The notes under the pieces are model-generated. The model was not told where the DNA came from. It saw only the letters and a program-made list of their open reading frames with translations, and did no database searches. Shown one piece after another: positions 12,488 through 24,859 of a stretch of DNA of 64,000 nt. The position numbers were made by a program, and so were the translations under genes. Within the stretch, counting starts at the first letter, position 1; each line of letters begins with the position of its first letter. The stretch covers positions 190,152,031 through 190,216,030 of the forward strand of contig NC_092371.1 of assembly GCF_030028105.1 (NCBI RefSeq), read 5' to 3'. This DNA comes from Mobula birostris. Its lineage: Eukaryota.

Positions 12488-12912
12488 TGAGTAGAAGGTG
12501 TGTTTGATGGCTCTGGCTAGTACCCACTAGAGTTTAGAAAATGAGGGAGGATCTCTTTGAAATCTATTGAATATTGAAAGGCATAGGTAGAGTGGACATA
12601 AAGAGGATGTTTCCTATAGTGGCTGAGTCTAGGACCAAAGGGCACAGTTTCAGAATACAAGGGCATCCCTTTAGAACAGAGATCAGGAGGAATTTCTTTA
12701 GCCAGAGGGCGCTGAATCTGTGAAATTCATTGCTACAGATGGTTGTGGAGGCCAAGTCATTACGTACATCCAAAACAGGGTTTAATAGGTTCTTGATTAG
12801 TAAGGGCATCAAAGATTATGGGAAGAAGGCAGGAGAATGAGGTTGAGAGGGATAATATATCAGCCATGATGGAACGGTGGAACAGACTCATTGGGCCGAA
12901 TACCTTAAATCT
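12488..12912 (+). mobile_element. CR1 3' end (outer element of nest, 3' part)
   Basis: Resumes the RT C-terminus (L.ALG.Y.LEFR.MR.DL) where 6548 stopped. Confidence 0.8.
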
Positions 12913-12924
12913 GAATATTTGGCA

Positions 12925-13725
12925 GAGTTAAACTCCTCCTGCCATTTCTCTGCCCATATCTGCAAATGATTTCTATCCCGTTGTATCCTTTGCCAGTCTT
13001 CTGTACTACCTAAAACACCACTAATCTTCATATCATCTGCATACCTACTAACCTACCTATCTATATGTTCATCCAGTTCATATATTTATATCACAAACAA
13101 CAGAGGTCCCAGTATGGATCCCTGTGGAACATAACTACTCACAGATTAAGCAGCATCAACTACTATACTCTGTTTCCCATGGGCAAGCCAATTCTGAAGC
13201 CAAAAAGACAATTCACCATGGATCCCATGCATCTTAATCTTCTAGGAGAATTTCCCATGACAGACCTTGTCAAACAAACATCCTTATTTAAAGTCATGTA
13301 GACAACAGCCAGAGCTCCACTTTGATCAAGCACCTTCATCGCCTTCTCGAAAAACTCTGTTAAGTCATAAGACACAACTTGCCCCACACAATGTTATGCT
13401 GACTATCCCTATTTAGGCTATGGTTTTCCAATTGCTCATAAATTCTACCCCTAGTAAACTTCTCCAGTAACTTTCCTACACTGACATGAGAGTCACCAGT
13501 TTATAGTTTCCAGGATTATCCCTGCTTGAATAATGGAACAATATCAGCTACTCGCCAGTCATCCAGGGTCACAGTTGTGGCTACGGCATACCCGAAGATA
13601 TCTGAGCAATTTTATCTCTTGCCTTTCTTGATAACCTGGAGAATATCCCATCAAGCCTTCAGATCCACCTACCATAATGTTCTTTAAGAGACCCGACATT
13701 TCTTCCTTCCTGATCTCTGAATGGC
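12925..13725 (-). mobile_element. Old CR1 RT fragment
   Basis: Minus strand LTEFFE...VVYM, VPQGSILGPLLF and YADD remnants. Confidence 0.75.
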
Positions 13726-14029
13726 CATATTTATGGGTTTGAATCCTTGTCATTTGGTATATTAATGGTAATAAGGAGATCCTATCAGTCTGTATATGAA
13801 TAACAGTAAGAACTGATTACCTTCTTCGCTTTCTCCCCCTTTCACTTGTATATATCTTCATATGAAATGTTTCCAGCCCTCTTAGGGGAGAATTGGCATG
13901 ATAATATGAGCATGGACCAGATCCATGTTTGTAACCTCATTACGACAAACAATATTGCTCTCTGTCAGCTTCCATGCTTCATTTGGAAATAAAGATGTTG
14001 AGAATAAAATTGTAATGTTCAACAAGGGT

Positions 14030-14235
14030 CTTGAGAATGTGGAACAAGTGGTGCATGAGAGCTCAATTTCAGCATGTAAGTGAAGTTTGGATAAGTACAA
14101 ATATGTTAGGAGTATGGAGGGCTATGGTCCTGATGCAGGTCAATGGGAATAGGCATTTCAAATGGTTTTGGCATGGAGTAGATGGGCCAAAGGGCCTGTT
14201 TCTGTGCTGTACTTTTCCATGTCTCTATGGCTCTA
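14030..14235 (+). mobile_element. CR1 3' end fragment
   Basis: gatgggccaaagggcctgtttctgtgctgtac plus ctctatg tail. Confidence 0.7.
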
Positions 14236-14730
14236 AGCATGCTAAATTACAGCTATTGCATCAATTCCAATTTTCCAGGGAGGAGTCAATTGCTCATGAA
14301 AGGCCATCAGTGTATAATGTTAACTGGGTTTCTTTCTGCAGAGGTGCTACCTCATCTACTAAGTAGTTCCAGCATGTTTTTGTTTTCACTTTCAAATTTT
14401 CAGTATTTCAGTTTGAGATTAGTTTATTGTCATATACACTAAGTGCAATGCTCACGTGAAACCTTCAGACCAAACAGGAAACATGGCAATAATAAGTACA
14501 ATAAATACACAGACGAGTGCAAAACAAGGGAATGGTGCTAAGTATAATAGTGCAAACTGAGGTCGTGCAAAACAAAATGCTAAAGTAACAGTAACGGAAG
14601 AGGTAGAATTAAAGGTTTGAGGACATTGCAGCACCATTGGGAAGAGGATGCAAGAGAGATGATTGATTACAGAAGTCCGATAGCAGTGGGGAAAAAGCTG
14701 CCCTTGAGCTTGGCTATCCAGGTTTTCAAG

Positions 14731-15169
14731 CAACACACACAAAATGCTGCTGAACGCAGCAGGAGAAATTCAAGCAACACACATAAAAAGTGCTGGTGAA
14801 CGAAACCCTCTCTCACTGCTCCCTATCTATAATTTCTTTGGCCTTCAACGTTTTGACCACATTTTGACTCAGACTCGCTACTACAGCCATATATCCTTCC
14901 CTGGAACGTGTCTCCCTTTTGTCAATCAACTTTCCAGCTCTCAGTTCCATCCCTCCCCCTCCGGTCTTCTCCTATCATTTTGGATCTCCCCCTCCCCCTC
15001 CCACTTTCAAATCTCTTGCTATCTCTTCTTTCAGTTAGTCCTGACGAAGGGTCTCAGCCCGAAATGTCGGCTGTACCTCTTCCTATAGATGCTGCCCGGC
15101 CTGCTGCGTTCACCAGCATTTTTTATGTGTGTTGCTTGAATTTCCAGCATCTGCAGATTTCCTCATGTT
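14731..15169. mobile_element. Short composite inverted Penelope-like insertion (#1)
   Basis: 12-bp TSD CAGGTTTTCAAG (14719-14730 and 15170-15181); two short minus-strand terminus copies, a putative ORF N-terminal piece, then a + strand 3'UTR with hammerhead. Confidence 0.85.
15037..15072 (+). ncRNA. Minimal type I hammerhead ribozyme motif
   Basis: agtc-CTGACGA-a-gggt-ctca-gccc-GAAA-t-GTC-ggct. Confidence 0.7.
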
Positions 15170-16097
15170 CAGGTTTTCAAGTTCCTGTATCCTCTCCAAA
15201 TGAGTGGAAATGGAATGGCTTGGGTAGCAGGCATCCTTGACAATACAGTTAGACTTCCTGGAACTAAACTGAAAAATTAGTTTTGTACTTCTTGCATAAA
15301 GGAATCAGTCAAAAACAATTATTCTTAAAATAAATCTGTCATTCTAAGTTTATCAGCATGAAAACATTCAGCCTATCGTGATCTCCAAGCATCATGCATC
15401 ATCACATGGCCAAAAAGGAAATAAATATGCTGTTCTTGGCTGTCTTTGAGTGGCCAATAGTTTGCCTTCTGATTTTCTCCCATCCTATGTAGGGAATAGC
15501 CTTCACTCTTCTCAGTGCCTCAAGTAATAACACAATTGTGATTGGTATCACACAGCGTGTAGTGTTTGTGGTTCTGCAGAAATCAAGATTTTTTTCTTGG
15601 CATGATCCATTGAAAAGGCCATAACTGACACAAAGCTCTTATCTTGAAAACTGAGTTACATACTTGAGCAAGTTCAGTATTTTAAAAGCACATATCGATT
15701 GTTTGAATTCAGAAAGAGTTACCATGAGTATTCTTTAACTGATTATGCACAGTCCTATAATTCTCCACAATGGGAGAGCTTTTCTTGGGCTTGGGTTGTG
15801 ATCATGGGAATGCACATTGTTCTAATTTAAGATTAGGATGCCAAACTAATTAGGAAGTATATGATTAGTAAATTGACTTGTTTGAAGATTCTTTTAAATT
15901 TGACCTTCAGTCTGTTGAAAATACAAAATCTACTGGAATATGCAACAGATATCAATGAGTAATAGGTTAATGGTAAATAAACATCTGATTTTAACTTTGG
16001 TTCTATTTTAAAATAAGTAGGCAATACATTTTAAAAAATCAGTATCAACAGATCTAATACAGCTTAACAAAGGTCTCAATGCAATATCATTTTAAAG

Positions 16098-16101
16098 AAG
16101 C

Positions 16102-16139
<38 letters not shown>

Positions 16140-16206
16140 GCTGGAGGAACTCAGCAGCTATAGAAGTGAATAAACAATCAACATTGTCAGCCGAGACCCT
16201 TCTTCA
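16098..16206 (-). mobile_element. Penelope-like terminal fragment with expanded (AC)n
   Basis: aagcaa(ca)n atgctggaggaactcagcag...gccgagacccttcttca. Confidence 0.7.
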
Positions 16207-17034
16207 TTAGAAAAATATTGTTAATGTACAAACCTCATCAGTGTATAACTATGTTTTATACATATCTTTGGGCAGAACAGTGTAGCCATATAAACATTTG
16301 AAACTAATGCAATTTATCACATTGTATGTAGTTGGTGCTATCGAAACTCAATAATTTAGCTTGATGGGGTCAAACAAAACAAGATTGGAATTAGTTGATT
16401 AATGTAAATCTCTATGTGGCCACTGAAATTAATCGAGAAGTCAGTCCCCACCATCAGAGGAGTTGCCACCCTCTGGGAATACAGGTCATTTGCTTGCCAC
16501 ATGACTGTTTCAAGACAAGTCACCTTGAAACAAAAATAATTTGGTCTCTGGAGCTTTACATAATCATCACAGAATGTTTGTTCAGTAAGTGTTGATTTTT
16601 AAAAAAAATTAAACACCTTCCTGATTTCTAATATGTGCGTTAGTTACCTTTTGCCAATTAAGCAAGGAATAGACAGAAATCTATGAAATGTTCTTGAAGT
16701 GAATAAAGGAAGCACAATGCAAAGCAAAGGCAGAATCACAAAAATACTGTCTAAATACGAAAGGGTCTGACAGCATTTGACAAGTGGTGCAGTAACTTCA
16801 GGCTAGGGACAGATGCATGATTAAGCTCAGATACCCAGGACCACTCTCTGTGGTGTCAATAGACTTAATTGCATTGGAGTTCACCAAGACAAGTTTCAAG
16901 GGTAGAGGAAACCTATAGAGCCTCCCAAACTGAAGGTCATCAAAGCTCTATTAACAGCAGTGGCTGGTACAACAATATATTCAAAGTTATACTCTCTGAT
17001 ACATGCAGTTCTCAAAGGTGCACTCACAGTCATA

Positions 17035-17910
17035 TATTCTAAGATGGTGCCAAGCTCTGACCTCCACTTAGGTTGTGGCACAGTTTTAGTCATTTGTTTA
17101 GTGTTCTTTTCTGTCTCGTAGGGATGGGTTTGGGGACAGATAAGGGAATTAGGGGTCAGGTTAATGTTTAGGGACAGGGATGTGGGGGAATTAGAGGACA
17201 GGCTAGAGTCTAAGTCTCCACACTGCATTTGAAGGCCAGCAACATGGATGTGGAATGTCCACAGGTTAGACCTTGATGTCAGGCTGGATATCAGGCCAGC
17301 AGACCAGCATGGACAAGAGCTGGTGCCCCCCACCCCACCCCCAGGTCAGAAAGTCGTCAGAGGGTTCAGGAGTCTGTGTTCTGTGTGGGTAGGAGGAACG
17401 AGATCTGATGCTCACCCGGATTTGCAAATTGGTGAGACTGGTGTTCAAGGCCTCATGTTCGGGGTCCCATCGTTGATGAGTCTAGAATTCGAGTCCTAGT
17501 GTTTGGTGCTGGGGTTAATGCCAAGGATAGAGACCTGAGGGTCAAATAATTGGAGATCCAGAAGTCAAGGCCCTTTGTCCGGCGAATCTCTGCGTGGTTG
17601 AAGGAACAATATCTGTGAGTCTGAGTCTAATTCCAAGTCTGCTGGAGGGTGGAGGCCATTGAAGGTGGCCTGTCCTGGGGTTAGAGGGCTGTTTATGTGC
17701 ATGGGTGCAAGGGAGGAACGGGACTGTTTTCTGTGGTTTCTTTGTTGTGCTCTCTTTTGTGTGTTTTGTTTTGTTCCGCCGAGCATTGTTGAGATGTTAT
17801 GTTGGCGCCAGGATGTGTGGCAACATGTTTGGGCTGCCCCATCATACCCTCAACTGTACTGGTTGTTAACACAACTGACACATTTCACAGTATGTTTTGA
17901 TGTACTTGAA
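17035..17910 (+). mobile_element. Unclassified interspersed repeat with a Rex1-like 3' end
   Basis: GC-richer block starting aagatggtgcc and ending catttcacagtatgttttgatgtac. Confidence 0.35.
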
Positions 17911-19489
17911 CCTAGAATATAAATGACAAACCCATATGGACCATCAGCAATCTACATATGTTTAAATAAATAACTACATGTAAACAGTCATCTGATGTTA
18001 TAGTTAGAGATACATAGTGTATTGTAGAGTTGGTAATTTTTAAAAAATTTATTCATTTACGGGACGTGGGCATCACCAGCTAAGCCAGCATTTATTACAC
18101 ATTCCTAGTTGCCCTTGAATTTAACAGAACGTAGATTTTAATAAGATCACCACTCAAGACATTGATCAAGACTTACATGTTATTATGGGGAACTGACTGT
18201 GGATATGAAGAAACTGGATTGAAGGACTGGAGAAACTGCTCTACATTTCAGAGCTGAAGCTAAGAAACATGCAAGCAGTGGCAAAATGGAAAATTCCTCT
18301 GTCAGATAATTACATAGATGTATTAATCTTAAATCAAAGACTGACAGAGTTTTCATATTAAAAGTAAGGAATAGAAATTGAATTTGGGTGTTAACCATAA
18401 TAGCAGGAAAGATTCAAGGAGAAAATAAAAAACACTATCCATTTTTTTAAGGTATCAACAAAATTAGGACGATCCTACAACCCTGATTTCTGGGCACCAT
18501 CGTTGGATGAGGTGGCATACCCAGGTTAAAGAATGAATCTAATTACCCCAACAAGGCAGTCATTGCAGGCCATGCCATGATAGATATCTCCCCTTGAATT
18601 GAGATATGGGAGTGAAGGTGAGGGGGAAGGAATGCTAGAAGGGGAGGTGAAAGAGTGTAATAGAGTGAGGGAAGGGGGTGAGAAGGAGGAAAGCACAGGC
18701 AAGAAAGGAGAAATAAAGTCAGAGGTATCTGTACTCCATTATTACGAAGCAATACAAGCAAAACTGTCATTGATTCATAACCATTTTATATAATATCACA
18801 TAATTAATTGTAAGCAATTTACCTAACTAATCAACAGCCCAAATTATAATGTCATGTTCATTAGAGAAATACAGCCAATGATCAAATCTCCTTCATTGTT
18901 ATCAGCACCTGAAATTCTGCTGATAAATGAAAGTTTTTCTTGTGTCCCCTGTTCAATGGACTTCACAATCTGGACCATAATAACAGCTGTGATTTACTAA
19001 ATGAAATTTATCACATCGATGACTATAGAAGTTACTGGCAGTCTGAGAACCACATGAGTAGCAGTCACCTGAGAGATTGCATTTCACTGATGGTTAAATG
19101 TGACTCCAGTTGTCTGTATCCTTGCTTTCCCTTGGCATCCTGCTATTGGCTTTCAACGCATGTTGCTTGGTATTCATTTGACATCCTAGTACTTGGGTCA
19201 GGCCCCAAGGAATATTGTTTTTTCATTTGTCTGGCATCATACTGGGTTTACAGTTGGTACTGCTTACTTGGCCTGGTCCACTGGTTTTATACTCATTTGA
19301 CAAGAAGCCAGGTATTCATCCAGTTGTTCCTAATACTCCGTTCACCTGGAGTACTATCTGTTGCCCAACACCCAGACCAGAAAGTTCTTTTTTCTGCAGG
19401 AGATCCTCATTTATTTTATCGGATTTGTTTTGTTGAACTATTTTTTATTGCTAAACATAAAACAAGATTATGTCAGCCCATTCAGGTTA

Positions 19490-19657
19490 NNNNNNNNNNN
19501 NNNNNNNNNNNNNNNNNNNNNNNNNNNNNNNNNNNNNNNNNNNNNNNNNNNNNNNNNNNNNNNNNNNNNNNNNNNNNNNNNNNNNNNNNNNNNNNNNNNN
19601 NNNNNNNNNNNNNNNNNNNNNNNNNNNNNNNNNNNNNNNNNNNNNNNNNNNNNNNNN
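19490..19657. other. Assembly gap
   Basis: Run of 168 N. Confidence 1.
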
Positions 19658-19846
19658 GTGTTTGCAATCTTGTAAAACTCAGAAGTACAGCAGCACAGCT
19701 CCAGGTAAAAAAGGATAAACAGCTTTAAAAGTATTTGTCATATTACCTTAACAACAGGAATTCTGCAGATGCTGGAAATTCAAGCAACACACATAAAAGT
19801 TGCTGCTGAACGCAGCAGGCCAGGCAGCATCTCTAGGAAGAGGTGC

Positions 19847-19882
19847 AGTCGACGTTTCAGACCGAGACCCTTCGTCAGGACT
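19847..19882 (-). ncRNA. Minimal type I hammerhead ribozyme motif
   Basis: Reverse complement agtc-CTGACGA-a-gggt-ctcg-gtct-GAAA-c-GTC-gact; stem II weakened. Confidence 0.7.
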
Positions 19883-20175
19883 AACTGAAGGAAGAGTGAG
19901 TGAGGGATTTGAAAGTTGGAGGGGGAGGGGGAGATCCAAAATGATAGGAGAAGACAGGAGGGGGAGGGATGGAGCCAAGAGCTGGACAGGTGATAGGCAA
20001 AAGGGATACGAGAGGATCATGGGACAGGAGGTCTGGGAAGAAAGTCAAGAGGGGGGACTACCCAGAGGATGGGCAAGGGGTATATTCAGAACTACAGAGG
20101 GAGAAAAAGGAGAGTGAGAGAAAGAATATGTGTATAAAAATAAGTAACAGATGGGGTACGAGGGGGAGGTGGGGC

Positions 20176-21493
20176 ATTAGCGGAAGTTAGAGAAGTCGAT
20201 GTTCATGCCATCAGGTTGGAGGCTACCCAGACGGAATATAAGGTGTTGTTCCTCCAACCTGAGTGTGGCTTCATCTTTACAGTAGAGGAGGCCGTGGATA
20301 GACATGTCAGAATGGGAATGGGATGTGGAATTAAAATGTGTGGCCACTGGGAGATCCTGCTTTCTCTGGCAGACAGAGCGTAGGTGTTCAGCAAAGCGGT
20401 CTCCCAGTCTGCGTTGGGTCTCGCCAATATATAGAAGGCCACATCAGGAGCACCGGACGCAGTATATCTTCCCAGCTGACTCACAGGTGAAGTGTTGCCT
20501 CACCTGGAAGGACTGTTTGGGGCCCTGAATGGTGGTAAGGGAGGAAGTGTAAGGGCATGTGTAGCACTTGTTCCGCTTACACGGATAAGTGCCAGGAGGG
20601 AGATCAGTGGGGAGGGATGGGGGGGACGAATGGACAAAGGAGTTGTGTAGGGAGCGATCCCTGCGGAATGCAGAGGGGGGGGGAGGGAAATATGTGCTTA
20701 GTGTTGGGATCCCGTTGGAGGTGGCGGAAGTTACGGAGAATAATATGTTGGACCCGGAGGCTGGTGGGGTGGTAGGTGAGGACCAGGGGAACCCTATTCC
20801 TAGTGGGGTGGCGGGAGGATGGAGTGAGAGCAGATGTATGTGAAATGGGGGAGATGCGTTTAAGAGCAGAGTTGATAGTGGAGGAAGGGAAGCCCCTTTC
20901 TTTAAAAAAGGAAGACATCTCCCTCGTCCTAGAATGAAAAGCCTCATCCTGAGAGCGGATGCGGCGGAGACGGAGGAATTGTGAAAAGGGGATGGCGTTT
21001 TTGCAAGAGACAGGGTGAGAAGAGGAATAGTCCAGATAGCTGTGAGAGTCAGTAGGCTTATAGTAGACATCAGTGGATAAGCTGTCTCCAGAGACAGAGA
21101 CAGAAAGATCTAGAAAGGGGAGGGAGGTGTCAGAAATGGACCAGGTAAACTTGAGGGCAGGGTGAAAGTTGGAGGCAAAGTTAATGAAGTCAGCGAGCTC
21201 AGCATGCGTGCAGGAAGCAGCGCCAATGTAGTCGTCGATGTAGCGAAGGAAAAGTAGAGGACAGATACCAGAATAGGCACGGAACATAGATTGTTCCACA
21301 AAGCCAACAAAAAGGCAGGCATAGCTAGGACCCATACGGGTGCCCATAGCTACACCTTTAGTTTGGAGGAAGTGGGAGGAGCCAAAGGAGAAATTATTAA
21401 GAGTAAGGACTAATTCCGCTAGACGGAGCAGAGTGGTGGTAGAGGGGAACTGATTAGGTCTGGAATCCAAAAAGAAGCGTAGAGCTTTGAGAC
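20176..21493 (-). pseudogene. 5'-truncated PLE RT + GIY-YIG endonuclease (frameshifted)
   Basis: QTKGVAMGTRMGPSYA, FLRYIDD, LPFLD, YYKPTD; CKRNKCYTC..FTCES linker; IYCVRC; frameshift in a poly-G run near 20680. Confidence 0.9.
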
Positions 21494-23031
21494 AAACCTG
21501 CCTGTCCTGGCCGACCTATTGTCTCAGCTTGCTCCTGCCCCACCGAACTCGTTTCTGCATACCTCGACACGGTTTTATCCCCCCTTGTTCAATCCCTTCC
21601 TACCTATGTTCGTGACACTTCTCACGCTCTTAAACTTTTCGATGATTTTAAGTTCCTTGGCCCCCACCGCTTTATCTTCACCATGGATGTCCAGTCCCTA
21701 TATACTTCCATCCCCCATCAGGAAGGTCTCAAAGCTCTACACTTCTTTTTGGATTCCAGACCTAATCAGTTCCCCTCTACCACCACTCTGCTCCGTCTAG
21801 CGGAATTAGTCCTTACTCTTAATAATTTCTTCTTTGGCTCCTCCTACTTCCTCCAAACTAAAGGTGTAGCTATGGGCACCCGTATGGGTCCTAGCTATGC
21901 CTGCCTTTTTGTTGGCTTTGTGGAACAATCTATGTTCCGTGCCTATTCTGGTATCTGTCCCCCACTTTTCCTTCGCTACATCGACGACTGCATTGGCACT
22001 GCTTCCTGCACGCATGCAGAGCTTGTTGACTTTATTAACTTTGCCTCCAACTTTCACTCTGCCCTCAAGTTTACCTGGTCCATTTCCGACACCTCCCTCC
22101 CCTTTCTAGATCTTTCTGTCTCTGTCTCTGGAGACACTGATGTCTACTATAAGCCTACTGACTCTCACAACTGTCTGGACTATTCCTCTTCTCACCCTGT
22201 CTCTTGCAAAAACACCATCCCCTTTTCGCAATTCCTCCGTCTCCACCGCATCTGCTCTCAGGATGAGGCTTTTCATTCTAGGACGAGGGAGATGTCTTCC
22301 TTTTTTAAAGAAAGGGGTTTCCCTTCCTCCACTATCAACTCTGCTCTTAAACGCATCTCCCCCATTTCACGTACATCTGCTCTCACTCCATCCTCCCGCC
22401 ACCCCACTAGGAATAGGGTTCCCCTGGTCCTCACCTACTACCCCACCAGCCTCCGGGTCCAACATATTATTCTTCGTAACTTCCGCCACCTCCAACAGGA
22501 TCCCACCACTAAGCACCTTTCCCTCCCCCCCCCCCCGCATTCCGCAGGGATCGCTCCCTACGCGACTCCCTTGTCCATTCGTCCCCCCCATCCCTCCCCA
22601 CTGATCTCCCTCCTGGCACGTATCCGTGTAAGCGGAACAAGTGCTACACATGCCCTTACACTTCTTCCCTTACCACCATTCAGGGCCCCAAACAGTCCTT
22701 CCAGGCGAGGCAACACTTCACCTGTGAGTCGGCTGGGAAGATATACTGCGTCCGGTGCTCCCGGTGTGGCCTTTTATATATTGGCGAGACCCGACGCAGA
22801 CTGGGAGACCACTTTGCTGAACACCTACGCTCTGTCTGCCAGAGAAAGCAGGATCTCCCAGTGGCCACACATTTTAATTCCACATCCCATTCCCATTCTG
22901 ACATGTCTATCCACGGCCTCCTCTACTGTAAAGATGAAGCCATACTCAGGTTGGAGGAACAACACCTTATATTCCGTCCAGGTAGCTTCCAACCTGATGG
23001 CATGAACATTGACTTCTCTAACTTCCGCTAA
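21494..23031 (+). pseudogene. 5'-truncated PLE RT + GIY-YIG endonuclease (frameshifted)
   Basis: Frame open from KPACPGRPIVS through MDVQSLYTSIPH, GVAMGTRMGPSYA and FLRYIDDC; frameshift in poly-C near 22530; then 4-Cys linker and IYCVRCSRCGLLYIGET (Neptune-like). Confidence 0.92.
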
Positions 23032-23325
23032 TGCCCCACCTCCCCCTCGTACCCCATCTGTTACTTATTTTTATACACATATTCTTTCTCTCACTCTCCT
23101 TTTTCTCCTTCTGTAGTTCTGAATATACCCCTTGCCCATCCTCTGGGTCATCCCCTCCCTTGACTTTCTTCCCGGACCTCCTGTCCCATGATCCTCTCAT
23201 ATCCCTTTTGCCAATCACCTGTCCAGCTCTTGGCTCCATCCCTCCCCCTCCTGTCTTCTCCTATCATTTTGGATCTCCCCCTCCCCCTCCAACTTTCAAA
23301 TCCCTCACTCACTCTTCCTTCAGTT

Positions 23326-23361
23326 AGTCCTGACGAAGGGTCTCGGCCTGAAATGTCGACT
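23326..23361 (+). ncRNA. Minimal type I hammerhead ribozyme motif
   Basis: agtc-CTGACGA-a-gggt-ctcg-gcct-GAAA-t-GTC-gact. Confidence 0.72.
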
Positions 23362-24859
23362 GCACCTCTTCCTAGAGATGCTGCCTGGCCTGCTGCCTTC
23401 ACCAGCAACTTTTATGTGTGTTGCTTGTCATATTACCTTCTTGGATACTGTTCACCCAGCTGTCACTCTTCAAACATCTAGAATCGACTGAAATTCTCGC
23501 TGTAGCTGCTTTCCAGTGTGTCAGGAACGGGCACTTCAGACTCAATCATTTTCCTTGAGGTTCTATCCCACAACACAAAGCCACGTCAGTTTCTGTGATA
23601 GGAAAAGAAGACAAGTCCTTAAACCTTTCCTTGGCATGTAGGCATTTCTAAGGAATACTGTCTCCCTTTTCACTTCTTCCATTTCTAACCACAATTGATC
23701 TAATCAGAATTCACTCTATTTGGGATGCAGCGTGAAGAAGTCTCCAAGACATGCTGGAGCTTCAGTAGCTCAAGGCTAGTTCAACATTAGTTATTTGCAA
23801 AAATGGCATCACCATTTGAGCTGAAAATTGAAGGTCTGTTTCATTCAGAAAATTCCCAGGAACTGCCATCCATTGGTGGAACGCTATGGCGTCATGCAGG
23901 TAGTCTTATCGTTATTTTTGGGATAACATCACTGAAATACCCTGACTGGATGGCATTGGCCTCAAGAGAGTAATTTGATTTGGTTCCTAAGCCTTTCTAT
24001 TTGTGTGGACTTGGGAGTTCTCTCCTCCACCAACAGTTTGATCATTGAAAATCATCAAATTTCAAAGTACCTATATTATCAAAGTATGTATGCTTTAAAC
24101 AACCTTGGAATTTGTATCCTTACAGTCAGCTATGAAACAAAGAACCCCGGTAGAACTCATTAAAAACAAGAGACCATCCAGACACTCAGTGTGCAAAGAG
24201 AGATTAAAAAACAAATCATAACAAACAAACAATAAGAGCAAACAAGTTTGCCAAAAAAATGTGAATAACAAAGCATTTAGCTGCTTTCTTTGTTTCATTG
24301 ACAACCAACAGGTTATTACTTAAGTAGTGCCATTTTAAACCCTTCATTTAGTTTTAAGCAATTAAGTCAGTGCAAGACAGTCCTCTTAAGAGAAAAAGAG
24401 AGTAATTTGATCTCGAGCTCAATAATGAGAAATGTATGCATGCATAAAATACTGAGAGTAAATCACCGCACTCATCTCCCCAAACTTTCTGAATGTCAGC
24501 TCTTTCTGTTAAATGAAGACCATAAAATAGTGTGAATAAAATCTTTAAGTGAATGCTAAGCAATTAATATCTGGGACTAAAAGTATCAGTCCTACGATTT
24601 AAAGCAAATCATCCTAAATTCAAGCTGTGGGTTCATGCCAAACTACTTTTCTGTGCTTGCTTCATGTATATATGTTTTTTAAACAGAAGAATTTTCTTAA
24701 ATAACCTTTAAATAGTTCAGCATGCTTTATTTTTATTCACCTATTTTAGGTATTTTATTGTATGCAGACTATCTAATAATACTTAAATGAAATTTTAAAA
24801 CAGGCAAAGTAACTGAATGCAGTCTAACCAGTTCACATAATGGATTCAGTTTTTGTGTT

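Larger units (their letters stand above)
14410..15245 (-). mobile_element. Rex1-like LINE 3' fragment interrupted by a PLE insertion
   Basis: tttattgtcatat...gatagcagtggggaaaaagctgcccttgag...caggttttcaag | gttcctgtatcctctcc. Confidence 0.55.
19750..23424. mobile_element. Head-to-head inverted Neptune-type Penelope-like insertion (#2)
   Basis: Minus arm 19750-21493 and plus arm 21494-23424; 15-bp TSD TTGTCATATTACCTT (19735-19749 and 23425-23439). Confidence 0.93.

Noticed and set aside
18940-19728. 262-aa ORF and other ORFs crossing the N runs (also 52223-52623)
   Set aside because: Their length is inflated by assembly gaps and they contain no recognisable domain.
21683-23005. 440-aa ORF as an intact retroelement or domesticated gene
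   Set aside because: It is 5'-truncated and goes out of frame after the poly-C near 22530, so the GIY-YIG domain is in another frame.
19750-23424. Large inverted repeat as an assembly artefact next to a gap
   Set aside because: The arms differ by substitutions and indels, a clean 15-bp TSD is present, and the architecture recurs three more times away from gaps.
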